Assembly (NCBI GenBank): GCA_944384915.1
Contig: CALWVH010000135.1
Span: forward strand, 1,483 to 65,482
Origin: an uncultured Clostridia bacterium
GTDB lineage: Bacteria > Bacillota > Clostridia > Oscillospirales > Acutalibacteraceae
Reading direction: 5' to 3'
DNA length: 64,000 bases
In this document: positions 48,527 to 58,057 of the stretch, piece by piece
How positions within the stretch are numbered: position 1 is the stretch's first letter
Layout of the letters: each line of letters begins with the position of its first letter
Translations under genes and position numbers: made by a program
Notes under the pieces: generated by a model
The model's input: the letters and a program-made list of their open reading frames with translations, nothing else
The model's database searches: none
Told to the model about the DNA's origin: nothing

Positions 48527-49222
48527 ATGAATCATAAAAAAAACTCTTCGAAAAACCGCGGTTTTATCATCGCTTCCGGGATCTGCCTGATCGCCATTGG
48601 TGTGGCCGCATGGGCCTCCTATGACAGCATCATGCAGGAACCCACGGATCTGGATTCCCCCGTATCTATCTCTGAGCTTCCTTCTCAGGAGGATAACACC
48701 TCCTCTCTGGTGGAGCCTACTCCTACTCCCGACCAAGAAGTGGCCGGCAATGTAACTTCTACCCCCAAACCCTCTCCCACTGCTGCTCCCACCGCTACCC
48801 CTGCTCCTGAACCTAAACAGGTAGATCTTTCCTTCCCGGTGGGTCAAAAAGTCCTCAAGCGGTTCAGCGACGGTGTTCCTGTTTTTTCCGACACCATGCA
48901 GGACTGGCGTGTGCATAGCGGCGTAGATCTGGAAGCAGCCCAGGGAGAAAGCGTCAAAGCTATGGCTGAGGGCACGGTACAGGAAGTTTTAGAGGATCCT
49001 CTTTTGGGAAAAATTGCAGTGATTACCCACGGGGACATTGACGCCTGGTACTGTGGTCTGGGAGATAAGGTACTGGTAGAAAAAGGCTCCACTGTGACGG
49101 CTGGACAAGAAATCGGCACGGTTGGAGAATGCCCCTGTGAATCCGCAGAAGCCAGCCATCTCCACTTGGAGATGAAAAAAGACGGGGAATGGATCGATCC
49201 TCTTTCCCGACTCATGGAATAA
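48527..49222 (+). CDS. membrane-anchored M23 family metallopeptidase
   Basis: It has an N-terminal TM, a Pro/Thr-rich linker and M23 motifs HSGVDL and HLHLEM. Confidence 0.8.
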   Translation: MNHKKNSSKNRGFIIASGICLIAIGVAAWASYDSIMQEPTDLDSPVSISELPSQEDNTSSLVEPTPTPDQEVAGNVTSTPKPSPTAAPTATPAPEPKQVDLSFPVGQKVLKRFSDGVPVFSDTMQDWRVHSGVDLEAAQGESVKAMAEGTVQEVLEDPLLGKIAVITHGDIDAWYCGLGDKVLVEKGSTVTAGQEIGTVGECPCESAEASHLHLEMKKDGEWIDPLSRLME

Positions 49223-49276
49223 AAACAGCCCCATTTGCCGGCAATCAAAATGCCAAAGCAAATGGGGCTGTTTTTT
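49221..49276. terminator. bidirectional terminator between the M23 gene and the permease gene
   Basis: The stem aaaaacagccccatttgc...gcaaatggggctgtttttt has about 18 bp. Confidence 0.8.
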
Positions 49277-49320
49277 GTCAACATTCAAAAGTTACGGGGT
49301 TTTAGAACACACCCATTACT

Positions 49321-50667
49321 TTATTCTGATTTTTCCTGATCTTCATAATCATTGGCCAGATGGAACCGGTCGATGATGTACATGCACAGGCCCATGATCA
49401 TACCCACTACACAGGCCAGCACCATACCGGTGAGCTGGATATTGCCCAGGTTCACGGTAATACCGGACAGACCTGTAACGAATACCACAGCCGTCAAAGC
49501 CTGGTTCCGAGCGCGGCCATAATCCACCTTGGAATCCACCAGAATACGCAGGCCGGAAGCACCGATCATACCGTACAGCAGGAAAGAAATGCCACCGATC
49601 ACCGGGCCAGGAATGGTGGAGATCAAAGCAGAAAATTTGCCGATAAAACCACACACCACAGACAATACCGCGGCTCCGCCGATAACCCACACGCTGTATA
49701 CCTTGGTCATGGCCATAACGCCGATATTCTCACCATAAGTGGTGGTGGGAACAGAACCGATCAAGCCGGAGACAGCTGTAGAAATATTGTCTCCCAGCAG
49801 GGAACGGTGCAGGCCAGGGTCCTTGAGCAGGTCACGGCCTACGATCTTACTGGTCACGATCTGATGGCCAATATGCTCAGAGGCGATCACCAACAGCACC
49901 GGGATCATAGTGAGGATAGCGTTGGTGTCGAATTTTGCCATTTGGAACTTAGGCAGAGACAGCACATTTGCCTCCTGAATAGAGGAATAATCGATCATTC
50001 CCAGGCAGGTAGCGGTCACATAACCCGCTACAATGGCGATAAGGATGGGAATTACGCCAAAGAACTTACGGAACAGGATAGAACCGAAAACTGCCACACA
50101 CAGGGTCACTACAAATACGGCAATGTTTTTGGGGTCCACAGAACCTTCCGTGACCACCATACCACCAGTGCTGGCGGCGTTGCCTGCCAATTCCAGACCG
50201 ATGAGGGCCACTACCGGACCCATAGCCGCAGGAGGGAGAATAATGTCGATCCAACGGGAACCAAACTTCCAAATAATGAGAGCCAGCACGCAGCCCAACA
50301 CGCCCACTGCCACAAAGCCGCCCTGGGCATAGGAGAATGCCTCCATATGCTGGGCCAACTGCTCTTCTGTGGGATTGGTCAGGTTGGGATTCTCCGCATA
50401 AGGGGAACCATGTTGGGACATCACCAGCAAAGCCGGTGCGATAAAGGCGAAGCTGGAGCCCAGATAAGCCGGCGCTTTTGCCTTGGTGATGAAGATGAAA
50501 AACAAGGTACCAAGGCCGTTCATCAGCAGCACGATGGCCGGGTCAATGTGGAACAATGTGGGGACCAGCACCGATGCGCCAAACATGGCGAACATATGCT
50601 GGATGCTCAGGGGAATGGCCTGCCCCAGCGGCGGCCGTTCGTTTACCTGAATGATTCGTTTTGCCAT
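49321..50667 (-). CDS. NCS2 family uracil/xanthine permease
   Basis: It begins LSIQHMFAMFGASVLVPTLF and is polytopic. I chose the ATG at 50667 (MAKRIIQV) with GAGGAAAAAG upstream; the ORF-track start is 50748. Confidence 0.85.
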   Translation of the reverse strand: MAKRIIQVNERPPLGQAIPLSIQHMFAMFGASVLVPTLFHIDPAIVLLMNGLGTLFFIFITKAKAPAYLGSSFAFIAPALLVMSQHGSPYAENPNLTNPTEEQLAQHMEAFSYAQGGFVAVGVLGCVLALIIWKFGSRWIDIILPPAAMGPVVALIGLELAGNAASTGGMVVTEGSVDPKNIAVFVVTLCVAVFGSILFRKFFGVIPILIAIVAGYVTATCLGMIDYSSIQEANVLSLPKFQMAKFDTNAILTMIPVLLVIASEHIGHQIVTSKIVGRDLLKDPGLHRSLLGDNISTAVSGLIGSVPTTTYGENIGVMAMTKVYSVWVIGGAAVLSVVCGFIGKFSALISTIPGPVIGGISFLLYGMIGASGLRILVDSKVDYGRARNQALTAVVFVTGLSGITVNLGNIQLTGMVLACVVGMIMGLCMYIIDRFHLANDYEDQEKSE

Positions 50668-50781
50668 TCTTTTTCCTCTTTTCCTGTTTTTATTCCTCGG
50701 GAAAATATCCTTCTCCCGCAACAAAAGCCCGGGTCCCGGCTTTAACACAAACCGGGAGGCGAGCTTTTATCTGCCATATTA

Positions 50782-51441
50782 TTATTTTCTTACAAATGCC
50801 GATTTTGGCATACCGCAAATGGGGCACACCCAATCATCAGAAAGCTCCTCAAAGGAGAGGTCCGGATCGTTATACAAATATCCGCACACGGTGCACACCA
50901 ACATCTCCCCATCGTTTCCTTCATCCGCAGGGCGAAGAGGCTGGTACACAGGGGCGTTTTTGGGCACTCCTCCCTTGATGACCTGCCGGTAATAATCGTA
51001 GGTCATAGGCTTACGCCGGGTATGCTCACTGCCAGCCACAATTTCCGCTAAAAATAAGGTATGGGTGGGACTTTCCATACAGTCCACCATCCGGCACAAA
51101 AACCAACAGCAGATGTTCTCCCGGATCACCGGTACCCCTTCCCGCAGCACTTTATGGCGGATATTAGAGAGCTTTCCCCCGTTCTTTCCAGAAGTAAATC
51201 CCAAAGCACCCACCACCGCGCCGGAGGTATCCTCCGACAGCACTGCCACGGTAAACAGCTTGTGCTCTTTAATGCACTGGCAACTGTAATTATCCCGGCT
51301 CATGCTCAGGGTAATCATCAGCGGGGCGGTATTGGTTACCTGCATCACGGTATTGACGATACAGGCAGAAGGACCGTTATTTCCCTTCACACCGATGGCA
51401 TACATACCATAAGATAAAGTCCGCAAAATATTCGGTTCCAA
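50782..51441 (-). CDS. flavin reductase domain fused to C-terminal rubredoxin (high-molecular-weight rubredoxin type)
   Basis: It has an FMN-reductase-like N-domain and a rubredoxin with CTVCGYLY...CPICGMPK. The likely start is the TTG at 51441, 6 nt after GGAGGTG; the ORF-track start is 51456. Confidence 0.75.
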   Translation of the reverse strand: MEPNILRTLSYGMYAIGVKGNNGPSACIVNTVMQVTNTAPLMITLSMSRDNYSCQCIKEHKLFTVAVLSEDTSGAVVGALGFTSGKNGGKLSNIRHKVLREGVPVIRENICCWFLCRMVDCMESPTHTLFLAEIVAGSEHTRRKPMTYDYYRQVIKGGVPKNAPVYQPLRPADEGNDGEMLVCTVCGYLYNDPDLSFEELSDDWVCPICGMPKSAFVRK

Positions 51442-51463
51442 AAACGTCACCTCCAAAAACTAC

Positions 51464-52759
51464 TCAGGAACGGCTCCCCTTGATCTTCTCCCAATAGGCT
51501 CGGAAAGCCTGCTCGTTTTTATTGTCCCCATATTCATAATACCGGGTATCCTTTAGAATATCCGGCAGATACTGCTGCTCCACCCAACGGTTGGGGTAAT
51601 CGTGAGGATACTTGTAAAACTGGCCCTTTTTCTCCACCTCTGCGCTGTCATAGTGCTTGTTTTGCAGCTGCCGGGGAATACTCCCCACCTTACCATTTTC
51701 CACATCCTTCATGGCGGCGATAATGGCGTTGTGGGCGGTATTGGATTTTGGAGCCGTAGCCACTAGGACTACTGCGTCTGCCAAAGGAAGACGGGCCTCC
51801 GGCAACCCCACCATCATGGCGGCGTCCACCGCAGCCTTCACAATGGGGATAATTTGAGGCCAAGCAAGGCCCACGTCCTCACAGGCACACACCATCAACC
51901 GGCGGCAGGCAGAAGCCAGATCCCCCGCCACCAACAAACGGGCCAAATAATGGATGGCCGCGTCTGGATCGCTGCCCCGCATGGATTTCTGGAAGGCGGA
52001 GATAATATCGTAATGCTCGTCGCCCTCCCGGTCATACCGCATGGCGCTGCGCTGGGTCAATTCCCTGGCCAGCTCCATGGTCACTGTGAGCACCCCTTCC
52101 TCCTTCTGGGCAGAAAGGCAGCACAGCTCCACAGCATTCATGGCCTTGCGCACATCCCCGCCGCAGGCAGTGGCGATGTACTCACACACTCCAGCCTCCC
52201 GGGAAACTGGGTCCCCCAGCTCTTCTTCCAGCAAAGTAAAAGCCCGCTCTACAGCTGGAACTACGTCAGCACTTTCCACCGGCTTAAATTCAAACACCGT
52301 AGAGCGGCTGAGGATGGCATTGTAAACGTAAAAATAGGGATTTTCTGTGGTGGAAGCAATCAGCGTAATGCTCCCGTTTTCGATAAACTCCAGCAGGGTT
52401 TGCTGCTGCTTTTTATTGAAGTACTGGATCTCATCCAGATACAACAGCACGCCGTTGATCCCCTCCAGAGTATTGGTGCTGGCGATAACCTCCCGGATGT
52501 CTGCTGTAGAAGCAGTGGTACCGTTGAGTTTGCACAGCCGTTTATGGGTATTTTTGGCGATAATGGAGGCCACGGTGGTCTTTCCCACTCCCGAGGGACC
52601 ATAAAACACCATATTGGGGATCTCGCCGGATTCGATGATGCTGCGCAGGGCCTTCCCCGGCGCCAGCAAATGGCGCTGGCCCACCACCTCATCCAGTGTT
52701 TTAGGGCGGATACGGTCCGCCAATGGGGCTGCCACCGCAGCACCTCCTTTCCGGGACAT
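51464..52759 (-). CDS. rarA: replication-associated recombination protein A (AAA+ ATPase)
   Basis: It has LRPKTLDEVVGQRHLL, Walker A GPSGVGKTT, and a C-terminal MgsA domain (HYLARLL, YKYPHDY). Confidence 0.9.
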   Translation of the reverse strand: MSRKGGAAVAAPLADRIRPKTLDEVVGQRHLLAPGKALRSIIESGEIPNMVFYGPSGVGKTTVASIIAKNTHKRLCKLNGTTASTADIREVIASTNTLEGINGVLLYLDEIQYFNKKQQQTLLEFIENGSITLIASTTENPYFYVYNAILSRSTVFEFKPVESADVVPAVERAFTLLEEELGDPVSREAGVCEYIATACGGDVRKAMNAVELCCLSAQKEEGVLTVTMELARELTQRSAMRYDREGDEHYDIISAFQKSMRGSDPDAAIHYLARLLVAGDLASACRRLMVCACEDVGLAWPQIIPIVKAAVDAAMMVGLPEARLPLADAVVLVATAPKSNTAHNAIIAAMKDVENGKVGSIPRQLQNKHYDSAEVEKKGQFYKYPHDYPNRWVEQQYLPDILKDTRYYEYGDNKNEQAFRAYWEKIKGSRS

Positions 52760-52852
52760 AGTTTGTGTTTTATATTTTAGAGAAGGTTTTTCTTTAAAAA
52801 ATCCTCTCTAGTACAGTTCCATTTTTATGCGATTGCCTTACCGTTCATGCAC

Positions 52853-54106
52853 TCAGCAATACAGGGGATATTTGGCGCACAGAGCGTTGACCATCTCCCG
52901 CACTTTGTCGGCATTGGCATCGAAGTCCTCCACTACCATGGCGATGCACTGGGCGATTACATCCATATCCTCTGCATTGAGGCCACGAGTCGTGACAGCA
53001 GGGGTACCCAGACGGACGCCGCTGGTAACAAAGGGGCTGCGCTGCTCATTGGGAACGGTATTCTTGTTGGCGGTGATATACACCTCATCCAGACGGTGCT
53101 CCAGCTCCTTGCCGGTAAGCTCCATACCTGTGAGGTTCAAGAGCATCAGATGGTTATCGGTACCGCCGGACACCAGCTTCAGTCCACGGGATGTCAAGCC
53201 ATTGGCCAGTGCTTGGGCATTCTCCACCACACGGCGGCCATACTCCTTAAACTCCGGCTTGAGGGCCTCTCCAAAGCACACTGCCTTACCTGCAATGATG
53301 TGCATCAGCGGGCCGCCCTGGGTACCGGGGAAAATAGCCTTATCAATGGCCTTGGCATATTCTTCTTTGCAGAGGATCAAACCGCCTCTGGGACCGCGCA
53401 GGGTCTTGTGAGTGGTGGTGGTCACCACATCTGCCCACGGCACCGGGTTGGGATGCTGGCCTGTGGCTACCAAGCCGGCAATATGGGCCATGTCCACCAT
53501 CAGATAAGCGCCGCAGTCATCGCAGATCGCGCGGAGCTTTTCAAAATCAATGACTCTGGGGTAAGCACTGGCACCAGCCACGATCATCTTGGGCTTGACC
53601 TCCATGGCCTGTGCGTGGAGCTTCTCATAATCGATATAGTGGGTCTCCGGGTCTACACCATAGGGCACAAAATTAAAGTAGCTACCGGACATATTTACCG
53701 GGGAACCATGAGTCAAGTGGCCGCCTTCTGCAAGGTTCATACCCATGACAGTGTCACCGGGCTTGAGGAGAGCGAAATAAACAGCCATGTTGGCCTGTGC
53801 GCCAGAATGGGGCTGCACGTTGGCATGGTCCGCACCAAAAAGCTGGCAGGCACGCTTTCTGGCGATCTCTTCTACGATATCCACATACTGGCATCCACCA
53901 TAGTACCGCTTTCCGGGATATCCTTCTGCATATTTATTGGTAAGGATGCTCCCCATAGCGGCCATCACTGCCGGGGAAACAATATTTTCAGAGGCGATGA
54001 GTTCCAGATTCCGGCGCTGGCGTCCCAGTTCCAGATTCATGGCCTCTCCTACCTCGGGGTCATAAGCGGAAACAAATCCAATGGTATCCATCATATCCTG
54101 ATACAT
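52853..54106 (-). CDS. glyA: serine hydroxymethyltransferase
   Basis: It has [15 protein letters not shown] and [14 protein letters not shown] around the PLP lysine. A promoter TTGTAC-17-TATAAT lies upstream. Confidence 0.95.
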   Translation of the reverse strand: MYQDMMDTIGFVSAYDPEVGEAMNLELGRQRRNLELIASENIVSPAVMAAMGSILTNKYAEGYPGKRYYGGCQYVDIVEEIARKRACQLFGADHANVQPHSGAQANMAVYFALLKPGDTVMGMNLAEGGHLTHGSPVNMSGSYFNFVPYGVDPETHYIDYEKLHAQAMEVKPKMIVAGASAYPRVIDFEKLRAICDDCGAYLMVDMAHIAGLVATGQHPNPVPWADVVTTTTHKTLRGPRGGLILCKEEYAKAIDKAIFPGTQGGPLMHIIAGKAVCFGEALKPEFKEYGRRVVENAQALANGLTSRGLKLVSGGTDNHLMLLNLTGMELTGKELEHRLDEVYITANKNTVPNEQRSPFVTSGVRLGTPAVTTRGLNAEDMDVIAQCIAMVVEDFDANADKVREMVNALCAKYPLYC

Positions 54107-54252
54107 AATACTCCTCCAGCCAAATGATTTTATTTTTACGCTTTAGCGCACTATTGCAATTATTATACACGCTTTCCAGGATAAGTACAACGAATTTTGT
54201 AAAATTTCTTTCCACCTTATCGAGTTCTGGAAATGCTGTCATAGAAAGCCAC

Positions 54253-54285
54253 AAAAAAACAGGGCTGATTTCTCAGCCCTGTTTT
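54253..54285 (-). terminator. terminator after the nrdD glycyl-radical mini-ORF
   Basis: On the minus strand, cagggctga gaaa tcagccctg is followed by T7. Confidence 0.85.
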
Positions 54286-54291
54286 ATCTTT

Positions 54292-54459
54292 TTACTGTCT
54301 GCCAATGGTGTGCTTCACACGGTCACGCTCTTCGGCACGCTTAGCGTTATTCCAACGGTCGGTGGTGCCTACCAGATAGCCGGTGATGCGGCGGATACGC
54401 TCAAAGCCCACGCCCTCGCCGATGTTCTTTTCTTCGTTATGGTTTCTCATTTCAGTCAT
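54292..54459 (-). CDS. stand-alone glycyl-radical domain of class III ribonucleotide reductase (55 aa)
   Basis: It translates MTEMRNHNEEKNIGEGVGFERIRRITGYLVGTTDRWNNAKRAEERDRVKHTIGRQ*. RRITGYL...N.AK..E...RVKH is the conserved NrdD C-terminal glycyl-radical motif. GGAG lies 9 nt upstream of the ATG at 54459. Confidence 0.6.
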   Translation of the reverse strand: MTEMRNHNEEKNIGEGVGFERIRRITGYLVGTTDRWNNAKRAEERDRVKHTIGRQ

Positions 54460-54531
54460 AGCGCACATCTCCATTTTTATTTTTATAGTTTTAGTTTGCA
54501 ATAAATGTGTTTTAGAAAAGGCGGTTTTTCA

Positions 54532-56856
54532 TCAGCAATCGCAGTGATACTGGGGAACATTGGGATATTTCTTCCGCAGTTCATCCAGCTTTTCACGGCT
54601 TACGGATTCTCCGGCACGGCGTCCGCAACGGGGGCACACTTCGCCGATAATACCATTATAACCGCAAACTGGATCGCGATCTACAGGATGGTTCACAGAA
54701 CCATACCCGATACCGGCTTCCTTCATGCAGCGGATCACGCTCTCGAAGGCGTCCAGATTCTTGCAAGCATCGCCATCCATCTCCACATAGCTGATATGGC
54801 CTGCGTTGGTCAGCGCATGATAGGGGGCTTCCAGCTGAATCTTCCGATAAGCGCTGATAGGATAATACACTGGCACATGGAAGGAGTTGGTATAATACTC
54901 GCGGTCGGTCACGCCGGGGATCTTGCCGTACTTCTTGGCGTCGATACGCACAAAGCGTCCGCTTAATCCCTCAGCAGGGGTTGCCAACAGGCTCCAGTTA
55001 AGATGGGTCTTTTCACATTCGTCGTCCATGCGCTTACGCATATGGCCGATGATCTCCAAGCCCAGCTTCTGGCTTTCGGCGCTTTCGCCGTGATGCTTGC
55101 CGGTGAGGACCTTCAGGGTCTCTGCCAAGCCGATAAAGCCCACGCTCAGGGTGCCGTGCTTCAGCACCTCTGCCACGGTATCGTCCCGATTCAGCTTTTC
55201 AGAATCGATCCACACGCCCTGACCCATGAGGAAGGGGTAGTTATATACTTTCTTGCTGCACTGGATCTTAAACCGATGGAGCAGCTGTTCAATTACCAGA
55301 TCAATGCGGTCATCCAGCAGCTCGTAGAACTTCTTGATATCCCCCCGGGCTTCGATACCCAGACGGGGCAGGTTAATAGAGGTAAAGCTCAAATTTCCGC
55401 GGCCGCAGGTCACTTCCCGGTTGGGATCATAGGTGTTGCCCATCACGCGGGTACGGCAGCCCATATAAGCCACTTCGCTGTCATAATCGCCAGGCTTATA
55501 ATATTGCAGGTTAAAGGGAGCATCCAAGAAGCTGAAATTGGGGAACAGCCGCTTGGCAGATACCCGGATAGCCAACTTGAACAGGTCATAGTTGGGATCG
55601 CCAGGATTATAGTTGACCCCTTCCTTTACTTTAAAGATCTGTACTGGGAAAATAGGGGTCTCCCCGTCTCCCAAACCAGCTTCTGTGGCAAGCAGCAGGT
55701 TACGGATAACCATGCGAGCTTCGGCGCTGGTATCAGTACCGTAATTCAAAGAACTGAAGGGCACCTGTGCGCCGGCACGAGAATTCATGGTGTTCAGGTT
55801 GTGTACCAGAGCTTCCATAGCCTGATAGGTGGCATTGTCTGTCTCGTCCCATGCAGTCTCGCAGGCATAGCGGTGAGCCGCCTCTGCGGTCTGGGCATAA
55901 ATGGGCTGATATCCCCCTTCCTGCTGATGGGCGGGAAGATATTTTACCAGCTCCTTGCCATACTCCTCAGAGCCGCTGAGGGTGATGTCAGAGCCAAGAT
56001 CCTCTCGGATAGCGGCTACCAGTGCCTGAGCATCCTGGTGGCTGAGGTTTTCATGGAGCTGCAAATATTGGGCCAGAGCCTTAAAATACAGCTTCCGGTA
56101 AGTCTTGGCCACGCCGGGGGCCATACAGTAATCAAAATTCGGGATACTCTGGCCGCCGTGCATCTCATTCTGGTTGGCCTGGATAGCGATACAAGCCAGA
56201 GCGGAATAGCTGCGGATATCATTGGGCTCCCGCAGATAACCATGCCCAGTGGAAAAGCCGTTATGGAACAGCTTCAGCAGATTGATCTGGCAGCAAGTTT
56301 CCGTAAGGGCATAAAAATCTTTATCATGGATATGGATATCGCCGTTCTGATGGGCTTCTGCCATATCTCTGGGGATAACATACTCATCATAGAAGGCCTT
56401 GGCGCCTTCGGAACCATATTTCAGCATAGTACCCATGGCGGTATCTGCATCAATATTGGCGTTTTCTCTCTTTAGATCCACATCGGCACTGGGACGGAAG
56501 GTAAGATTCTCATAGATTTTCATCAGGTTAGCGTCCATTTCCCGCATCTTCTGATGCTCGGCACGATACAAGATGTAGGCCTTGGCAGTTTTGGGAAGAT
56601 CAAACTCAATGAGCTTTTCTTCCACCGTATCCTGTACCTGTTCTACAGTAGGAACCACCCCTGCCTGATCATACACTGCCACTACCAGTAGAGTGATCTC
56701 ATCCAGTTTTTCTTCTGAAATCTTCTCCCCTGAGATATGGACATTGGCCTTTAAAATCGCATTGCGGATTTTATTGGAATCGAATGGAACCTTGGCCCCA
56801 TTGCGCTTAATGATAGATTTTACGCTGTTGGTCTTTTGCTGTACCACTTCCGGCAT
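54532..56856 (-). CDS. nrdD: anaerobic ribonucleoside-triphosphate reductase, large part lacking the glycyl-radical tail
   Basis: The 774-aa product has an N-terminal ATP-cone (IIKRNGAKVPFDSNKIRNAI), a class III core and a Zn-ribbon (CGYNGIIGEVCPRCG), and ends ...QYHCDC**. The start may instead be the GTG at 56847, since AAGGAGG abuts the ATG at 56856. Confidence 0.9.
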   Translation of the reverse strand: MPEVVQQKTNSVKSIIKRNGAKVPFDSNKIRNAILKANVHISGEKISEEKLDEITLLVVAVYDQAGVVPTVEQVQDTVEEKLIEFDLPKTAKAYILYRAEHQKMREMDANLMKIYENLTFRPSADVDLKRENANIDADTAMGTMLKYGSEGAKAFYDEYVIPRDMAEAHQNGDIHIHDKDFYALTETCCQINLLKLFHNGFSTGHGYLREPNDIRSYSALACIAIQANQNEMHGGQSIPNFDYCMAPGVAKTYRKLYFKALAQYLQLHENLSHQDAQALVAAIREDLGSDITLSGSEEYGKELVKYLPAHQQEGGYQPIYAQTAEAAHRYACETAWDETDNATYQAMEALVHNLNTMNSRAGAQVPFSSLNYGTDTSAEARMVIRNLLLATEAGLGDGETPIFPVQIFKVKEGVNYNPGDPNYDLFKLAIRVSAKRLFPNFSFLDAPFNLQYYKPGDYDSEVAYMGCRTRVMGNTYDPNREVTCGRGNLSFTSINLPRLGIEARGDIKKFYELLDDRIDLVIEQLLHRFKIQCSKKVYNYPFLMGQGVWIDSEKLNRDDTVAEVLKHGTLSVGFIGLAETLKVLTGKHHGESAESQKLGLEIIGHMRKRMDDECEKTHLNWSLLATPAEGLSGRFVRIDAKKYGKIPGVTDREYYTNSFHVPVYYPISAYRKIQLEAPYHALTNAGHISYVEMDGDACKNLDAFESVIRCMKEAGIGYGSVNHPVDRDPVCGYNGIIGEVCPRCGRRAGESVSREKLDELRKKYPNVPQYHCDC

Positions 56857-56962
56857 CCTCCTTGCTGATACTCCTTACGTTCGGGCTCCTGCCACATTTG
56901 CCCGGGATTTTCCGAACTCTTCCCGCTGCCGGCAGAACCACCGGAAGGAGGGAACAGCTCCC

Positions 56963-56991
56963 ATTATAATACAATATGTTGTGTCTGTAAA
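56963..56991 (-). promoter_or_regulatory. nrdD sigma-A promoter with NrdR-box-like palindrome in the spacer
   Basis: On the minus strand, TTTACA (56986-56991) is followed by 17 nt and then TATAAT (56963-56968). The spacer ACACAACATATTGTAT (56969-56984) matches the NrdR box acaCwAtATaTwGtgt at 14 of 16 positions, with the consensus taken from memory. Confidence 0.5.
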
Positions 56992-57072
56992 TAGCTTTCT
57001 ACCAATTTGTAGAGATTGCTCAAAACTGTAAGCAAACGGCTCATTTCTCTGTAACGAGGAAAATTATGGAAA

Positions 57073-57864
57073 TCACAAGGCAGAATGGGACTTTGGAAGC
57101 ATCCAGTCTACTGCTTTACGGATATGACGGTCCCAAAAATCCCACTCATGATTTCCGGGAGCTTCTTCATAATCCAACATGATTCCCTGCTCCTGCGCCA
57201 AAGCGCGGAACCGGCGGTTATCTTCCAAAAACCGGTCATCCACTCCGCAGCAGGCATACAGTCTTGGAAGCTCTTCTGGCGAATGCTTTTTCAGCAAAGC
57301 AAACAAATCGTCGTCTGTTCCTTCCAACGTACGCCCCTGCAAAAAGATGCCTTTAAAGTCGATTTCCGCAGTTTCTTGCGGGCCAGGATGACAAGCACGA
57401 CGCACAATATCTAGTACACCAGACATGGATACTGCCGCGCCAAAACGCTCTGGGAAGGTAAGCGCCATTTTAAAGGCACCATATCCCCCCATAGATAGTC
57501 CGGCCACAAAATTTTCCTCTCGCTTGTCTGAGAGAGGGAAAATCCCTCGTACCAGTTGAGGAAGCTCCTGAGAGATAAAAGTAAAGTAATCCCGACCGAC
57601 ACCAGCATCGGTATAGTAGCTATTCCCAGCAGAGGGCATTACTACTGCCAACCCCTTTTCGGTGGCATACCGCTCGATATTGGTCCGGCGCACCCAGCAG
57701 CTCCCGTCGTCATAGCCGCCATGATACAAATACAGCACAGGGAATCTCTGCTCTGCCGCAGGGAGAATGTTCCCTGTGGACGAAGTTTTCAGCTCTGGCA
57801 GGATCACAAACACCCGAGCCGCCGTATGGAGCACCTGGGAGGACAATTCACATTCAAATAACAT
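57073..57864 (-). CDS. esterase family alpha/beta hydrolase (esterase D / tributyrin esterase-like)
   Basis: It has VLYLYHGG and the nucleophile elbow GLSMGGYGA. Confidence 0.8.
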   Translation of the reverse strand: MLFECELSSQVLHTAARVFVILPELKTSSTGNILPAAEQRFPVLYLYHGGYDDGSCWVRRTNIERYATEKGLAVVMPSAGNSYYTDAGVGRDYFTFISQELPQLVRGIFPLSDKREENFVAGLSMGGYGAFKMALTFPERFGAAVSMSGVLDIVRRACHPGPQETAEIDFKGIFLQGRTLEGTDDDLFALLKKHSPEELPRLYACCGVDDRFLEDNRRFRALAQEQGIMLDYEEAPGNHEWDFWDRHIRKAVDWMLPKSHSAL

Positions 57865-58057
57865 AACTTCCTCTCCTTTTCTCTATAAAATTTTATGCCG
57901 CCTGAAAAGGCTGCATTTAACGCACATAGCAATAAGTTTATCTCTTTCCCAAACAAGTTGCAACTGCCTGAAAGAATTATAAAAAATATTTCTTTTTCCC
58001 GCTCCCTTTTCTTTCTTTATCAAAAACGGTATAATAGCAAAAAAACCGGCAAAGGAC

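Noticed and set aside
54529-54534. I considered the TGA after ...HCDC at the end of nrdD as a possible selenocysteine or programmed read-through codon joining the two nrdD parts.
   Set aside because: There are two consecutive TGA codons. The following roughly 70 nt are AT-rich with a separate GGAG RBS before the mini-ORF, and I saw no SECIS-like hairpin immediately downstream. Independent initiation is the simpler reading.
56857-56960. I considered a cobalamin riboswitch in the nrdD leader, because of GGGAAGAGTTCGGAAAATCCCGG.
   Set aside because: The leader is only about 100 nt. I could not find the B12-box (GCCACTG-like) or the other conserved helices. B12 control is expected for class I/II RNR genes, not class III.
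56998-57013. I considered the CTACCAATTTGTAG dyad as a second NrdR box.
   Set aside because: Aligned on its centre, it matches the NrdR consensus at very few positions. Its 29-bp centre-to-centre spacing from the first box also does not fit the usual helical phasing.
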